This document shows, in pieces, positions 29,427 to 39,200 of a stretch of 64,000 nt of DNA. Below the pieces are notes generated by a model. That model saw only the letters and a program-made list of their open reading frames with translations. It searched no databases and was not told where the DNA came from. The position numbers and the translations under genes are program-made. Each line of letters begins with the position of its first letter. The stretch's first letter is position 1. Source of the stretch: Haloglomus halophilum (GTDB lineage Archaea > Halobacteriota > Halobacteria > Halobacteriales > Haloarculaceae); assembly GCF_024298885.1 (NCBI RefSeq), contig NZ_CP101166.1, forward strand, positions 2,291,149-2,355,148. The letters run 5' to 3'.

Positions 29427-30533
29427 GTGAGTGCTGCCCCCGGGTTCGACCCGCTCGGCTTCCACGAGCGTGCCGTCCACACCGCATCCCACGAGTCGGT
29501 CAAGGAGATGCGCGACCTGCTCGTCGAGACGCTGATCGATGCCGGCGCCGACCCACGCGTCGACGACGCCGGCAACACGCTCGCCGTCCGCGAGGGCGAC
29601 AGCGACGGGCCCCACCTGGTTCTCAACACGCACATCGATACCGTCCCGCCGCACGTCCCCTTCGAGACGGCCGAGGACGGCGCCGTCGTCCGTGGGCGCG
29701 GGGCCTGCGACGCGAAGGGGCCGCTGGCGGCGCTGGTCGACGCCTTCCTGAACGCGCCGGTCGAACGGGGGCGCCTGACGCTGGCCATCACGCCCGACGA
29801 GGAGACCACCTCGGCCGGCGCGGACGCGCTGGCGTTCGGGGACGACCCGCTCCGGGCCGACGGCTACATCGTCGGCGAGCCGACGGGGCTGGATGTCTGC
29901 GCGGCCGCCAAGGGCCGGTTCGAGGGGACGCTGACCGTGACGGGCGAGGCTGCACACGCCGCCGAGCCCGAGTCCGGGACGAACGCGCTCCGGGCGCTGG
30001 CGCCGCTGCTGGAGGCGCTCGACACGTTCGATCGGGAGCGCGGCCCCGGGACGGACCCGCAGCTGGGCGCGCCGACGCTGACCGCCACGACGGTCGAGGG
30101 CGGCGAGGCCATCAACCAGCTGCCCGCCGAGGTCCGGGTCGGCATCGACCGCCGGAGCGTCCCGCCGGAGACGGCCGACGGCTTCGAGCGGGCGCTGAAC
30201 GCGCATCTCCGTGCAGCCGCGATGGACGACGCGGGCGTCGAGTTCGCGCTGACCGAGCGCGAGACGCCGTTCCTCGAAGCCTTCGCGACCGACCCGGACG
30301 AGCCACTGGTCGAGACGCTCACCGACGCGTCGGGCGGCGAGGTTCGCGCGTTCGGGGCCGCGACGGAGGCCTCGTACTTCGCCGCGGACGCGCCGACGGT
30401 CGTCTTCGGCCCCGGCGTGCTGGCGGACGAGGAGGGGGCCGTCGCACACGCCGAGCGCGAGTACGTCCGTCGCGAGGAGATCACGGCGGCGGCCGACGCC
30501 GTCCGCGAGACGCTCGCATCGCTGCTGGGGTAG
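29427..30533 (+). CDS. dapE: succinyl-diaminopimelate desuccinylase / M20 family peptidase (start ambiguous: ATG 29397 or GTG 29427)
   Basis: LNTHIDTVPP, GACDAKG, GEPTGLD: M20 metal-binding motifs. Confidence 0.75.
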   Translation: MSAAPGFDPLGFHERAVHTASHESVKEMRDLLVETLIDAGADPRVDDAGNTLAVREGDSDGPHLVLNTHIDTVPPHVPFETAEDGAVVRGRGACDAKGPLAALVDAFLNAPVERGRLTLAITPDEETTSAGADALAFGDDPLRADGYIVGEPTGLDVCAAAKGRFEGTLTVTGEAAHAAEPESGTNALRALAPLLEALDTFDRERGPGTDPQLGAPTLTATTVEGGEAINQLPAEVRVGIDRRSVPPETADGFERALNAHLRAAAMDDAGVEFALTERETPFLEAFATDPDEPLVETLTDASGGEVRAFGAATEASYFAADAPTVVFGPGVLADEEGAVAHAEREYVRREEITAAADAVRETLASLLG

Positions 30534-30774
30534 GGCGAACAGGCGGTGCTGTGGTCGGGTCCGGCACGCGTCGCACCACGCACCCGCAGCCGCGTGCCGG
30601 GCAGCGCTCAGGGCACACGGGGCCTTGGTCCCGTTCCGGTACTTGAACCTACGCCGGGCGACCCCCGAAGCCCGACCACTGTCACACGGTTTCGATATAT
30701 GGTGTAATTTGAGATTATAACGACACAATCAACTCGTGTTTCAACATGTTATTGAAGAAAATTTGATTGTACGC

Positions 30775-31302
30775 TTACAACGGCATCGGGTCGCCGGACC
30801 CCTCGTCACCACCAGTTCCCCGGGCCGACGCGAGCATCTCGGAGACGGGCGGCTGGTAGTCGTAGCCCGGGACCACCCCCTCCATGTACGTCCCCTCGAC
30901 GTATTCGGCGAACGCCTTCGCGATGGCGGCGGCACGGTCGGGGTCCCCGGACTCGAACCGGTAGGTCGCAACCGCGTCACCGGCCTCCTCGGTCACATCG
31001 AGGGTGATGTCGACCGAATCGCGGACGGCGCCGGGCGCATCCTCCAGCCGGAGCGCCAGCGTGTCGAACCAGCCCGCCTCGACGGTGGAGCCGACCTCGT
31101 CGGCCGTGGCCGTCGAGAGCATCGGCGCCCGGACCTCCAGCTCGTAGGTCAGCGCCCACTCGGGCTCGCCGTCGTCACGAGCCGTGACGGTGGCGTCGAA
31201 CTTCGTGGTCGTCAGCACGAACGCCGGCCCGCCCGCCGCTCGCTCGTAGGCGTCGTGTGCGTCGAACGCCCGGGTCGCCGCGGCCGGTAACTCGTCAGGC
31301 AT
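30775..31302 (-). CDS. hypothetical protein
   Basis: 175-aa ORF from MPDELPAAATRAFDAHD; no motif recognised. Confidence 0.45.
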   Translation of the reverse strand: MPDELPAAATRAFDAHDAYERAAGGPAFVLTTTKFDATVTARDDGEPEWALTYELEVRAPMLSTATADEVGSTVEAGWFDTLALRLEDAPGAVRDSVDITLDVTEEAGDAVATYRFESGDPDRAAAIAKAFAEYVEGTYMEGVVPGYDYQPPVSEMLASARGTGGDEGSGDPMPL

Positions 31303-31378
31303 TACTGGGGCGTAGACGGGGGAGCGACAAGAGCGCGTCGGGGCCAACCTTCAAGCCCCGTTGCGCCGAAGGCGCCGT

Positions 31379-32623
31379 ATGGCCCTCCCGCTCTATCCAG
31401 CACAGGCCGGCGTCGTCGGCGGTATCGTCACGCTGGTCATCCTGGCCATCGCCATCGTCGCCGTCTACAAGTCCGTCGTCATCGTGCAGGCGTACGAGCG
31501 GAAGGTGTGGACGCTGTTCGGGCAGTACCGCGGTATCAAGGAGCCCGGCATCTCGTTCATCCCGCCGTTCGTCTCGGCCACCTACGCGTTCGACATGCGA
31601 ACCCAGACGCTCGACGTGCCCCGGCAGGAGGCCATCACGCGCGACAACTCGCCCGTGACGGCCGACGCCGTCGTCTACATCAAGGTGATGGACGCCAAGA
31701 AGGCGTTCCTCGAGGTCGACAACTACAAACGCGCCGTTTCGAACCTCGCCCAGACCACGCTCCGGGCGGTGCTGGGCGACATGGAGCTGGACGACACGCT
31801 GAACAAGCGCGGCGAGATCAACGCCCGCATCCGCAAGGAACTCGACGAACCCACCGACGAGTGGGGGGTCCGCGTCGAGTCCGTCGAGGTCCGCGAGGTC
31901 AACCCCTCGCAGGACGTCCAGCAGGCGATGGAGCAGCAGACCTCCGCCGAGCGCCGCCGCCGTGCCATGATTCTCGAAGCGCAGGGTGAGCGCCGCTCCG
32001 CCGTCGAGAAGGCCGAGGGTGACAAGCAGTCCGACATCATCCGCGCACAGGGGGAGAAGCAGTCACAGATCCTCGAAGCGCAGGGTGACGCCATCTCGAC
32101 CGTCCTCCGCGCCAAATCCGCCGAGTCGATGGGCGAGCGTGCGGTCATCGAGAAGGGGATGGAGACGCTCGAATCCATCGGGCAGAACGAGTCCACGACG
32201 TTCGTGCTCCCGCAGGAACTCACCTCACTCGTCGGGCGCTACGGCAAGCACCTCACCGGCAGCGACGTGCAGGGTGACGGCCAGGAGCTGGAGGCGCTCG
32301 ACTTCGACGACGAGACCCGTGAACTGCTCGGCCTCGACGATATCGAGGAGATACTCGGGCAGATCGAGCAGGAGACGGAGATGGACGTCGAGCAGATGGA
32401 GGCCGAGGCCCAGGCGATCAAGGAGGGACAGGACGCGGCCGACATCCGCGACCCCGACGAGGTCATCGAGGAGATGGACCAGGAGATGGGCGCGGGCGCC
32501 GACATCGATGTCGGCGCGGGCGACAACACCGGCGCGGCGACCCCGGAGCGCGGCAGTGATTCGGATGCCGACGGTGACGCCGGCGCGGACGGCGATGGCG
32601 AGCGCGAACCCGAGACGGAGTGA
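31379..32623 (+). CDS. SPFH/band-7 (stomatin/HflK-like) membrane protein with long acidic coiled-coil tail
   Basis: N-terminal TM then YERKVWTLFGQYRGIKEPGISFIPPF...TRDNSPVTADAVVYIKV (SPFH core). Confidence 0.85.
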   Translation: MALPLYPAQAGVVGGIVTLVILAIAIVAVYKSVVIVQAYERKVWTLFGQYRGIKEPGISFIPPFVSATYAFDMRTQTLDVPRQEAITRDNSPVTADAVVYIKVMDAKKAFLEVDNYKRAVSNLAQTTLRAVLGDMELDDTLNKRGEINARIRKELDEPTDEWGVRVESVEVREVNPSQDVQQAMEQQTSAERRRRAMILEAQGERRSAVEKAEGDKQSDIIRAQGEKQSQILEAQGDAISTVLRAKSAESMGERAVIEKGMETLESIGQNESTTFVLPQELTSLVGRYGKHLTGSDVQGDGQELEALDFDDETRELLGLDDIEEILGQIEQETEMDVEQMEAEAQAIKEGQDAADIRDPDEVIEEMDQEMGAGADIDVGAGDNTGAATPERGSDSDADGDAGADGDGEREPETE

Positions 32624-32634
32624 TTCCGCCGCGG

Positions 32635-34464
32635 CTACCGCTGGACCGACCGGGTCAGCGCGAAGACGAACAGGGCGATGAGGAAGCCACCGAGGAACCC
32701 TTCTGACGAGGCGAGCAGTCTGACGGGAAGCGTCGCGCCACGCGGGACGCCGCCGAAGATGAGGCTCACGAACGACTGGAGGCTGAACGTCAGGTTCTCG
32801 AGCGCGACGGTCGCGAGCGACGCGTCCGGTCGCGTCACGGCTCCCAGTCCGGCGAACACCGCCCCGTACCCGGCCACGAGCAGCAGGGAGACCGCGACCG
32901 TTCTGAGCGGCCGCTCGCCGTAGCCACAGCTCAGTCCGAACAGCGCGTTGGTGGCCCAGCCGCCGGCCGCCCGCAGCCGGTCGGTGGCTGTCTCGCCCGT
33001 CCCGACAGCATCCCGTTTGAGCCGGCGGCGGTAGCGCATCTCCCGGACGAAGAACTGCGAGGCCGCGGTCCGGTCGCCGGTGGCATCGGCCCCACGACGG
33101 GCCTTGAGGTACGTCGACTCCAGAACCTTCGGCGCGAGGTCGGCATCGACGGCCCGGCCGCGCCCGGGGTCGTGAACCCGGTGGAGGTTCCACGTCTCGC
33201 CGAGTGCGCCACGGTGGTCCTCGAACGCGAACCCGTCGAACGAGGTCCGGGCCACCCGGAGGTGGTCGAACGGCACCACCCCCGAGTCGCCACCGACGAG
33301 GGTGACATCCGCGATGGCTCCGTCCGTGCAGTCGAAGACGACCCGTTCGTCGTCGGGCAGGTGGAGTTTGCCGTCGGCGACGGTGGCGTCCGTACAGTCG
33401 ACGACGACGCGCTCGTCGGCCGGACGGTCCGGTCCAGGGACGAGCCCCGAGCAGTCGAGGCCACCGTCGATGCTGGCGCCCCGGAGTCCGAGGTCACCGA
33501 CGAGCGTCGCCCCGGCGAACTCCACGCCCGACCGGAACGTGGCGTTCCTGAACTGGAGGTCCGCTCGCGGCCCGGACCGGTGCCGTCGTCCGCCGTGGAT
33601 TCCGACGAACCAGGTCCGGTCGGCGAACGTGGCGTCGAGGAAGTCCGTGCCACCCTCGAAGCGACAGTCGGTGAAGTGTGCCTCCCCGTCGAAGTGGGCG
33701 CCACCGAATCCCGCGTCCCCCTCGAAGCGGGTGTGGCGGAACCACGCGTCGCCGCCGAACTCGACGCGGCGGAACCCGGCGGCCCCGCGGCAGCGAGCCC
33801 CCGCGAATCGGACCGTGCCATCGAAGGCCGCCCCCTTCGCACGGACCGAACCGAACGAACAGGCGTCGAGCCGGAGCTCCGTCCCGAACCGGGCGTCCGA
33901 GAGGTCGGCCCGTTCCGAGACGGTACAGAACCGCAGGTCGACGGGGCGGTTGTACGCCGGGCGATGGACGTAGCCGGCGAGGTCGAGCGTCTCGAACGAG
34001 GCCCCGACGACGACGTGACGCGCCGGGTCGTCGGCCGACAGCGCCTCGTGGAGCGCCTCCCGGACTGCCGCGGGCGATGCGTCGCCGTGGAAGACACAGC
34101 GGTCGCTCCCGTCGGTCGCGGGATGTGGACACTCGGTCGGCAGGTCCTCGTCCGTCCGGTCGTTGCTCCCGCGGCGGACGAGCAGGTCGACGACGTCGTC
34201 CACCGTCCGTCCGAGGACCTCCGCGTCCGCGTCCGCGACGACGCTGGCGGCGCCCTGCGCGAGCAGGTCATCGTCGACCGGACGGTCTGCCGGGAGCGCC
34301 TCCCGGAGCCGTCGTCGCCCCACCTCGACCCCGTTCCCCTCGCGGTCCGCCCCGTTGAACCCCTCCGGAGCCGTGCAGAACGCCCGGACCGTCACCAGCT
34401 CGTCCGCGAGCGCGACCAGGTGGTCGCGCCAGTCCTCGTCGGCGAAGTACGTGCAGCTGTCCAT
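32635..34464 (-). CDS. paralog of the 4218-6614 protein: pentapeptide-repeat domain plus C-terminal 2-TM pore-loop domain with a degenerate filter
   Basis: Shares STYLKA(K/R), FGL(S/T)CG(Y/H)G and ASSE(G/A)FL with the paralog, but has SLQSFVSLIFGGVP where the paralog has SYISYTTIGYGNEAP. Confidence 0.7.
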   Translation of the reverse strand: MDSCTYFADEDWRDHLVALADELVTVRAFCTAPEGFNGADREGNGVEVGRRRLREALPADRPVDDDLLAQGAASVVADADAEVLGRTVDDVVDLLVRRGSNDRTDEDLPTECPHPATDGSDRCVFHGDASPAAVREALHEALSADDPARHVVVGASFETLDLAGYVHRPAYNRPVDLRFCTVSERADLSDARFGTELRLDACSFGSVRAKGAAFDGTVRFAGARCRGAAGFRRVEFGGDAWFRHTRFEGDAGFGGAHFDGEAHFTDCRFEGGTDFLDATFADRTWFVGIHGGRRHRSGPRADLQFRNATFRSGVEFAGATLVGDLGLRGASIDGGLDCSGLVPGPDRPADERVVVDCTDATVADGKLHLPDDERVVFDCTDGAIADVTLVGGDSGVVPFDHLRVARTSFDGFAFEDHRGALGETWNLHRVHDPGRGRAVDADLAPKVLESTYLKARRGADATGDRTAASQFFVREMRYRRRLKRDAVGTGETATDRLRAAGGWATNALFGLSCGYGERPLRTVAVSLLLVAGYGAVFAGLGAVTRPDASLATVALENLTFSLQSFVSLIFGGVPRGATLPVRLLASSEGFLGGFLIALFVFALTRSVQR

Positions 34465-34584
34465 CCGCTCGACGGTGCCGGGGGCGGGGACAACACTGTT
34501 TCGACGAGCGACAGCCCGGGGGGACCTGTATACCCATGCATCACCGCCGACGGGCTTTTATCCGGTGTGTGCCTTGACCCGGCA

Positions 34585-35217
34585 ATGAGCGAGGAGTCGG
34601 TCGACGAGGAGAAACGGGCCACACTCCGCCGGTTCGCCGCGGTCGGCGCCGGCGGCCCACTGGCTCGACTCGCCGGCTCCGACGCGGACGCGAGCGCCCC
34701 CGACGACCGCGAGACCACCAGCGAGGTCCCCGCGGCCATCCGTGGCTACCTCGCCACGACGCCGGGCGCACACTTCTCGAAGCTCCGGGACGACCTCCGC
34801 CTGGGCACCGGCGAGGCCCAGTACCACCTCCGCCGGCTGGCAGAGCGCGACGCCGTGGACTCCTGGAAGGACGGCGACTACCGTCGCTACGCTCCGGCCG
34901 GCCGGTTCTCGGACTTCGAACGCCGGACGCTGGGCTTCCTCCGACGGGACACCGCTCGCGGCCTGCTCGTGGAACTGCTCCGCGACCCGGACGCGACGGG
35001 GGCAGAGCTCGCCGACCGCCTCGGCGTCTCGGCACCCACCGTCAGCAAGTACGCCGCCGAACTCGCGGAGGCGGGCCTGCTCGACCGCTCGGACGGCTAC
35101 GACCTCACGCGTCCGGAGACGACGCTGTTGCTTCTGGTGCGGTACGCCGACTCCTTCGGCCCCGACGCCGTCGCGCTCGCCGCTGACGCCGACGAGCTTG
35201 TGGAGTATTCAGGATAA
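34585..35217 (+). CDS. tandem winged-helix (ArsR/TrmB-like) transcriptional regulator, divergent from the 32635-34464 gene
   Basis: Two wHTH units (GAHFSKLRDDLRLGTGEAQYHLRRL; ELADRLGVSAPTVSKYAAELAEAGLL). Confidence 0.55.
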   Translation: MSEESVDEEKRATLRRFAAVGAGGPLARLAGSDADASAPDDRETTSEVPAAIRGYLATTPGAHFSKLRDDLRLGTGEAQYHLRRLAERDAVDSWKDGDYRRYAPAGRFSDFERRTLGFLRRDTARGLLVELLRDPDATGAELADRLGVSAPTVSKYAAELAEAGLLDRSDGYDLTRPETTLLLLVRYADSFGPDAVALAADADELVEYSG

Positions 35218-35271
35218 CTGCGGGAGAAACCACGAGGTTGGCGGATTACAAACGAATGACGCCAGCTGTCC

Positions 35272-35532
35272 TCAGACCGTGACCTTCCACGTCGTACCCG
35301 AGGAGTATCCCCATTTCTCGACCTCGAACGGGGCGGCCTCCTTCACCGCACGCATGTTCGCGCCGACCTCCTTCGCGCTCATGTCCAGCGCCTCGCCGAC
35401 GAGCCGCGACTTGAAGTAGGCCGTCCCGTCGGCCTCCGTCCGGAGGTAGTCGACGATGCGCTGCTGTTTCTCGTTCAGGTCCTCGGTGAGGTCGGTCTCG
35501 CTCTCGTTCGCCTGTGCCGCCGTCGCGCTCAT
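35272..35532 (-). CDS. small conserved hypothetical, probable winged-helix DNA-binding protein
   Basis: 86 aa; QQRIVDYLRTEADGTAYFKSRLVGEALDMSAKEV. Confidence 0.45.
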   Translation of the reverse strand: MSATAAQANESETDLTEDLNEKQQRIVDYLRTEADGTAYFKSRLVGEALDMSAKEVGANMRAVKEAAPFEVEKWGYSSGTTWKVTV

Positions 35533-35599
35533 ACCTCACTGGATGGGAGAGACACGGATAGTGGGTTTGGTATGATGGGTTAATCGGGTGGTAGAGGTC

Positions 35600-36000
35600 C
35601 TGACGGGCTGTTATTGGCGAATTCAGCGACCGTGGCTGGAGTCGTGGCGTCCATCGAAGCCGGTTGCTTGGTACGGCGGGGAAACTTCCGATCCGCAATC
35701 GGATCAGAATCGAGCGGTTGCGTACGCGCGAGCAGGCGGGAACTCCGTTCCCGGAGCCCGCGGCGAAGCCGCGGACAGGGCGGGACTCCGTCCCGCTTGC
35801 AGTCGGACGTAGTCCGACGACGAAGCGAGCGCGTTTGGGTTCGAGACGGCTTCGCCGTCTCGTCCTCCCGAAAATCTCCGATTTTCGGAGACACCAGCCC
35901 GAGCGACCGAAGGGAGCGAGGGCTGGCATTTTCTCTGAACGTTTTTGCGACGAGCGGTGTCCACAGGCTCACGCCTACGGCGCGAGTCGAGGGCACCCGA
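35600..36000 (+). repeat. hairpin-dense intergenic region, loosely related to the R-family repeats (R5); possible structured RNA
   Basis: Perfect hairpins GTCGGAC-gta-GTCCGAC, CGAGACGGC-ttc-GCCGTCTCG, CGAAAAT-ctccg-ATTTTCG, GCCGCGGC-gaa-GCCGCGGAC; shares GACGACGAAGCGAGCG and GCGCGAGTCGAG with the core. Confidence 0.45.
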
Positions 36001-36012
36001 GGAGAGAAAAGC

Positions 36013-37233
36013 TCAATGGAACGCGATGGGCGTCCCGAGCTCGTCGCCGTCGTGGTCGATTTTCGCCATCGCCTCGTCGAAGTCCTCGCGGCGGACCTCG
36101 GTGCGGTCGTCGCGGATGGCGAACATCCCGGCCTCCGTCGAGAGCGACTCCAGTTCCGCGCCGGTGAAGCCCTCGGTGGCCTCGGCGAGCGACGCGAGGT
36201 CCACGTCGTCGGAGAGGTTCATGTCGCGCGTGTGGATCTTGAGGATCTCCGTGCGGCCCTCGTCGTTGGGTTCGGGCACCTCGATGAGGCGATCGAAGCG
36301 GCCCGGCCGGAGGATGGCCCGGTCGAGCATGTCGAAGCGGTTGGTGGCGGCGATGATGGAGATGTCCCCACGCTGGTCGAAGCCGTCCATCTCCGAGAGG
36401 AGCTGCATCATCGTCCGCTGGACCTCGGCGTCGCCCGACGTTTTGGACTCCGTGCGCTTCGAGGCGATGGCGTCGATCTCGTCGATGAAGATGATGGCGG
36501 GCTCGCGCTCCTCGGCGAGTTCGAAGAGGTCCCGGACGAGCCGGGCGCCCTCGCCGATGAACTTCTGGACCAGCTCGGAGCCGGCCATCTTGATGAAGGT
36601 GGCGTCCGTCTGGTTGGCGACCGCTTTCGCGAGCATCGTCTTCCCGGTGCCCGGCGGGCCGTGGAGCAGGACGCCGGTGGGCGGTTCGATGCCGACGGTC
36701 TCGAACACCTCCGGGTTGGTGAGTGGGTCCTCGACGGCCTCGCGGACCTCGGTGATCTGCTCCTCGAGCCCGCCGATGTCGGCGTAGGTGACGGTCGGGG
36801 AGGCGTCGACCTGCATCGCCTGTGCCCGGGCGTCCTTCTCGGTGTCGAGGACGGTCTGGATGGCGAAGGAGTCGTTGATAGCGACGCGGTCGCCGGCCTC
36901 GAGCTTGTCGGCGAGCCGCGGGGAGACGTCCGTGAGGACCTCCTGGTTGTTGCCGTGCTGTTTGAGGACGACCTCGTCGTCGGCGATCTCCTCGACGGTG
37001 GCGAGGTACAGCGAGGAGGTCTTCAGCGCCTCGTTCTCCCGCTGGAGTTTGTCGACCTCCTCCCGGAGCTCGGACTGGCGGTCCTGGGCGGCGTCGAGCT
37101 GACTCGTCAGCTCCTCGTGGACGCGCGTGACCTCGGCGAAATGGTCCTCCAGCGCGGCCAGCCGCTCGTCGGGCCCCATGTCCGGGTCCAGGTCGAGCGT
37201 GGGTTGGTCTGGTAGTGAGGGACTACGCGACAT
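36013..37233 (-). CDS. pan: proteasome-activating nucleotidase
   Basis: N-terminal coiled coil; AAA module [22 protein letters not shown], and a C-terminal hydrophobic-Tyr-X-like tail. Confidence 0.9.
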   Translation of the reverse strand: MSRSPSLPDQPTLDLDPDMGPDERLAALEDHFAEVTRVHEELTSQLDAAQDRQSELREEVDKLQRENEALKTSSLYLATVEEIADDEVVLKQHGNNQEVLTDVSPRLADKLEAGDRVAINDSFAIQTVLDTEKDARAQAMQVDASPTVTYADIGGLEEQITEVREAVEDPLTNPEVFETVGIEPPTGVLLHGPPGTGKTMLAKAVANQTDATFIKMAGSELVQKFIGEGARLVRDLFELAEEREPAIIFIDEIDAIASKRTESKTSGDAEVQRTMMQLLSEMDGFDQRGDISIIAATNRFDMLDRAILRPGRFDRLIEVPEPNDEGRTEILKIHTRDMNLSDDVDLASLAEATEGFTGAELESLSTEAGMFAIRDDRTEVRREDFDEAMAKIDHDGDELGTPIAFH

Positions 37234-37349
37234 CAGGTGTATGGAAGTTGGGTGTTCTCGTTAGAAGTGTCTTTGGGTTGCTACAGGTACTCATACCAGC
37301 TGCGGGCTGGGCCGAACGGCCTCCGGACGGCCACGTCGTGAGGGCGGCC

Positions 37350-39143
37350 CTACGTGAGCGACTCGAACTCCGCGACCAGGTCGTCGTAGGCGTCGATGGC
37401 CTGCTCGACCGGCTCCGGCGAGGCCATGTCGACCCCGGCGCCGCGCAGGAGTTCGAGCGGGTACTCCCGGGAGCCCTTCGAGAGGAACTCCCGGTAGTCC
37501 GCGGCCGCCGGCTCGCCCTCCTCCATGATGCGGTCGACCAGCGCGTTCGCCGCCGAGATGCCCGTGGCGTACTGGTAGACGTAGAACCCGTAGTAGAAGT
37601 GCGGGATGCGCATCCACTCTCGCCGGATGCCGTCGTCCATGGCCATCGGCTCGTAGTAGGTCGATTTGAGGTCGCCGTAGATCTCGTCGCAGACGTCCGG
37701 CGTGATGGCCTCGCCGTCCTCGGCGAGTTCGTGGGTCCGGTGCTCGAAGTCGGCGAACATCGTCTGCCGGAACAGCGTCGACCGGAACCGTTCGAGGTAC
37801 TCGTCGAGGACGTGCCGGCGGAACTGCTCGTCCTCGACCGTCTCGAGCAGGTGCTCGGTGAGCAGCGCCTCGTTGACCGTGGAGGCGACCTCGGCGACGA
37901 AGATCTCGTAGCCCGAGTAGACGTGCGGCTGTGTCTCGCTCGTGAGTTCGGAGTGCAGCGAGTGCCCCAGTTCGTGGGCCAGCGTGTACATCGAGCTCAT
38001 GTCGTCCTGGTAGTTCATCAGGATGTACGGCTGGCTGTCGTACGTGCCGCCCGAATACGCCCCCGAGCGCTTGTTGGCGGTCTCGTACACGTCGACCCAG
38101 CGCGAGTCCAGGCCCTCCGCCACCCGGTTCTGGTAGTCCTCGCCCAGCGGCGCGACGGCCTCGACGACGTGCTCGCGGGCCTCCTCGTACGGGATGTCCA
38201 CCTCGCCCTCGGCGAGCGGGGTGTAGAGGTCCCAGCTCCGGAGCTCGTCGACGCCGAGCACGTCGCGCTTGAGTTCGGCGTGCCGGTGGAGCACGTCGAG
38301 GTTCGCCTCGACGGTGTCGACGAGGTTGTCGTACACCGTGACCGGGATGTTGGCGTCGTCGAGGCTCGCCTGGCGGGCGGTCTCGTAGTTGCGCGCCCGG
38401 GCGAGCTTGATGTCGGCCTTCACACTGTTCTTGTACGCCGTGCCGACGGCGTTCCGGAGCGACGCCCACTCCTCGTAGAAGGTGTCGCTGACCCGCTGGC
38501 GGAAGTCGCGGTCGCGCCGCTTCAGGAGCGTCGTGAAGTTCGACAGCGTCGGCCGGACCTCTCCACCCTCGGGCTCCTCGACCGGCGGGAACTCCATGTC
38601 CGCGTTCGTCAGCATGTTGTACACCTCGCCGCCCGCGCCGGTGACCTCCGAGAGGTCCGCCAGCAGCTCCTCGACCTCGGCCGAGCGGGTGTGGGGTTTC
38701 ATCCGGAGCACGTCGTCGAAGTAGTGCTCGTACTGCTCGAGCGCGGGGTTCTCCTCGACGAACGCCTGCAGCTCCTCGCGGGTGCACTGCTGGAGCTCGG
38801 GCTCGATGAACGAGGCTGCCGAGGAGGCGTCGGCCGAGAGCGACTGGGCCCGTGCCGACAGCGCCTGGTAGTGCTGGTCGGCGGTGTCCTCGTCGCTCCG
38901 CATGCGGGCGTACGCGGAGACGTTCGCGACCTGGCGCATGATCTCCTCGCGGGTCTCGAGGACGGCCGCCAGGGTGTCGGCGTCCTCAGTGACCTGTCCC
39001 TCGTACGCTTCGAGGTCGCCGAGACGCTCGCTCACCGCCTCGAAGGCGTCCTCCCACTCGTCGTCGCTGGCGAACAGGGAGTCGAGGTCCCACTTGTACT
39101 GTTCGTCGACCTCCTCCCGTTCCGGAACGTCCGCGACACTCAT
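37350..39143 (-). CDS. pepF: oligoendopeptidase F (M3B family)
   Basis: HELGHSLH zinc motif plus a downstream Glu; about 600 aa. Confidence 0.85.
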   Translation of the reverse strand: MSVADVPEREEVDEQYKWDLDSLFASDDEWEDAFEAVSERLGDLEAYEGQVTEDADTLAAVLETREEIMRQVANVSAYARMRSDEDTADQHYQALSARAQSLSADASSAASFIEPELQQCTREELQAFVEENPALEQYEHYFDDVLRMKPHTRSAEVEELLADLSEVTGAGGEVYNMLTNADMEFPPVEEPEGGEVRPTLSNFTTLLKRRDRDFRQRVSDTFYEEWASLRNAVGTAYKNSVKADIKLARARNYETARQASLDDANIPVTVYDNLVDTVEANLDVLHRHAELKRDVLGVDELRSWDLYTPLAEGEVDIPYEEAREHVVEAVAPLGEDYQNRVAEGLDSRWVDVYETANKRSGAYSGGTYDSQPYILMNYQDDMSSMYTLAHELGHSLHSELTSETQPHVYSGYEIFVAEVASTVNEALLTEHLLETVEDEQFRRHVLDEYLERFRSTLFRQTMFADFEHRTHELAEDGEAITPDVCDEIYGDLKSTYYEPMAMDDGIRREWMRIPHFYYGFYVYQYATGISAANALVDRIMEEGEPAAADYREFLSKGSREYPLELLRGAGVDMASPEPVEQAIDAYDDLVAEFESLT

Positions 39144-39200
39144 GACGCGACCTAACGGTGGGGGCGTGGTAAACGCATCGTCCGGGGTCCTCCCCGCCGG

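Noticed and set aside
33172-35217. 681-aa plus-strand track ORF
   Set aside because: Mostly antisense to the pentapeptide paralog. Only the last 210 codons (from ATG 34585) form a plausible wHTH gene.
35533-36012. RNase P RNA or SRP (7S) RNA in the hairpin-rich spacer
   Set aside because: Universal RNase P motifs (AGGAAAGUCC, ACAGAA) and the SRP helix-8 motif were not found on reading; it is kept only as a candidate structured RNA or repeat copy.
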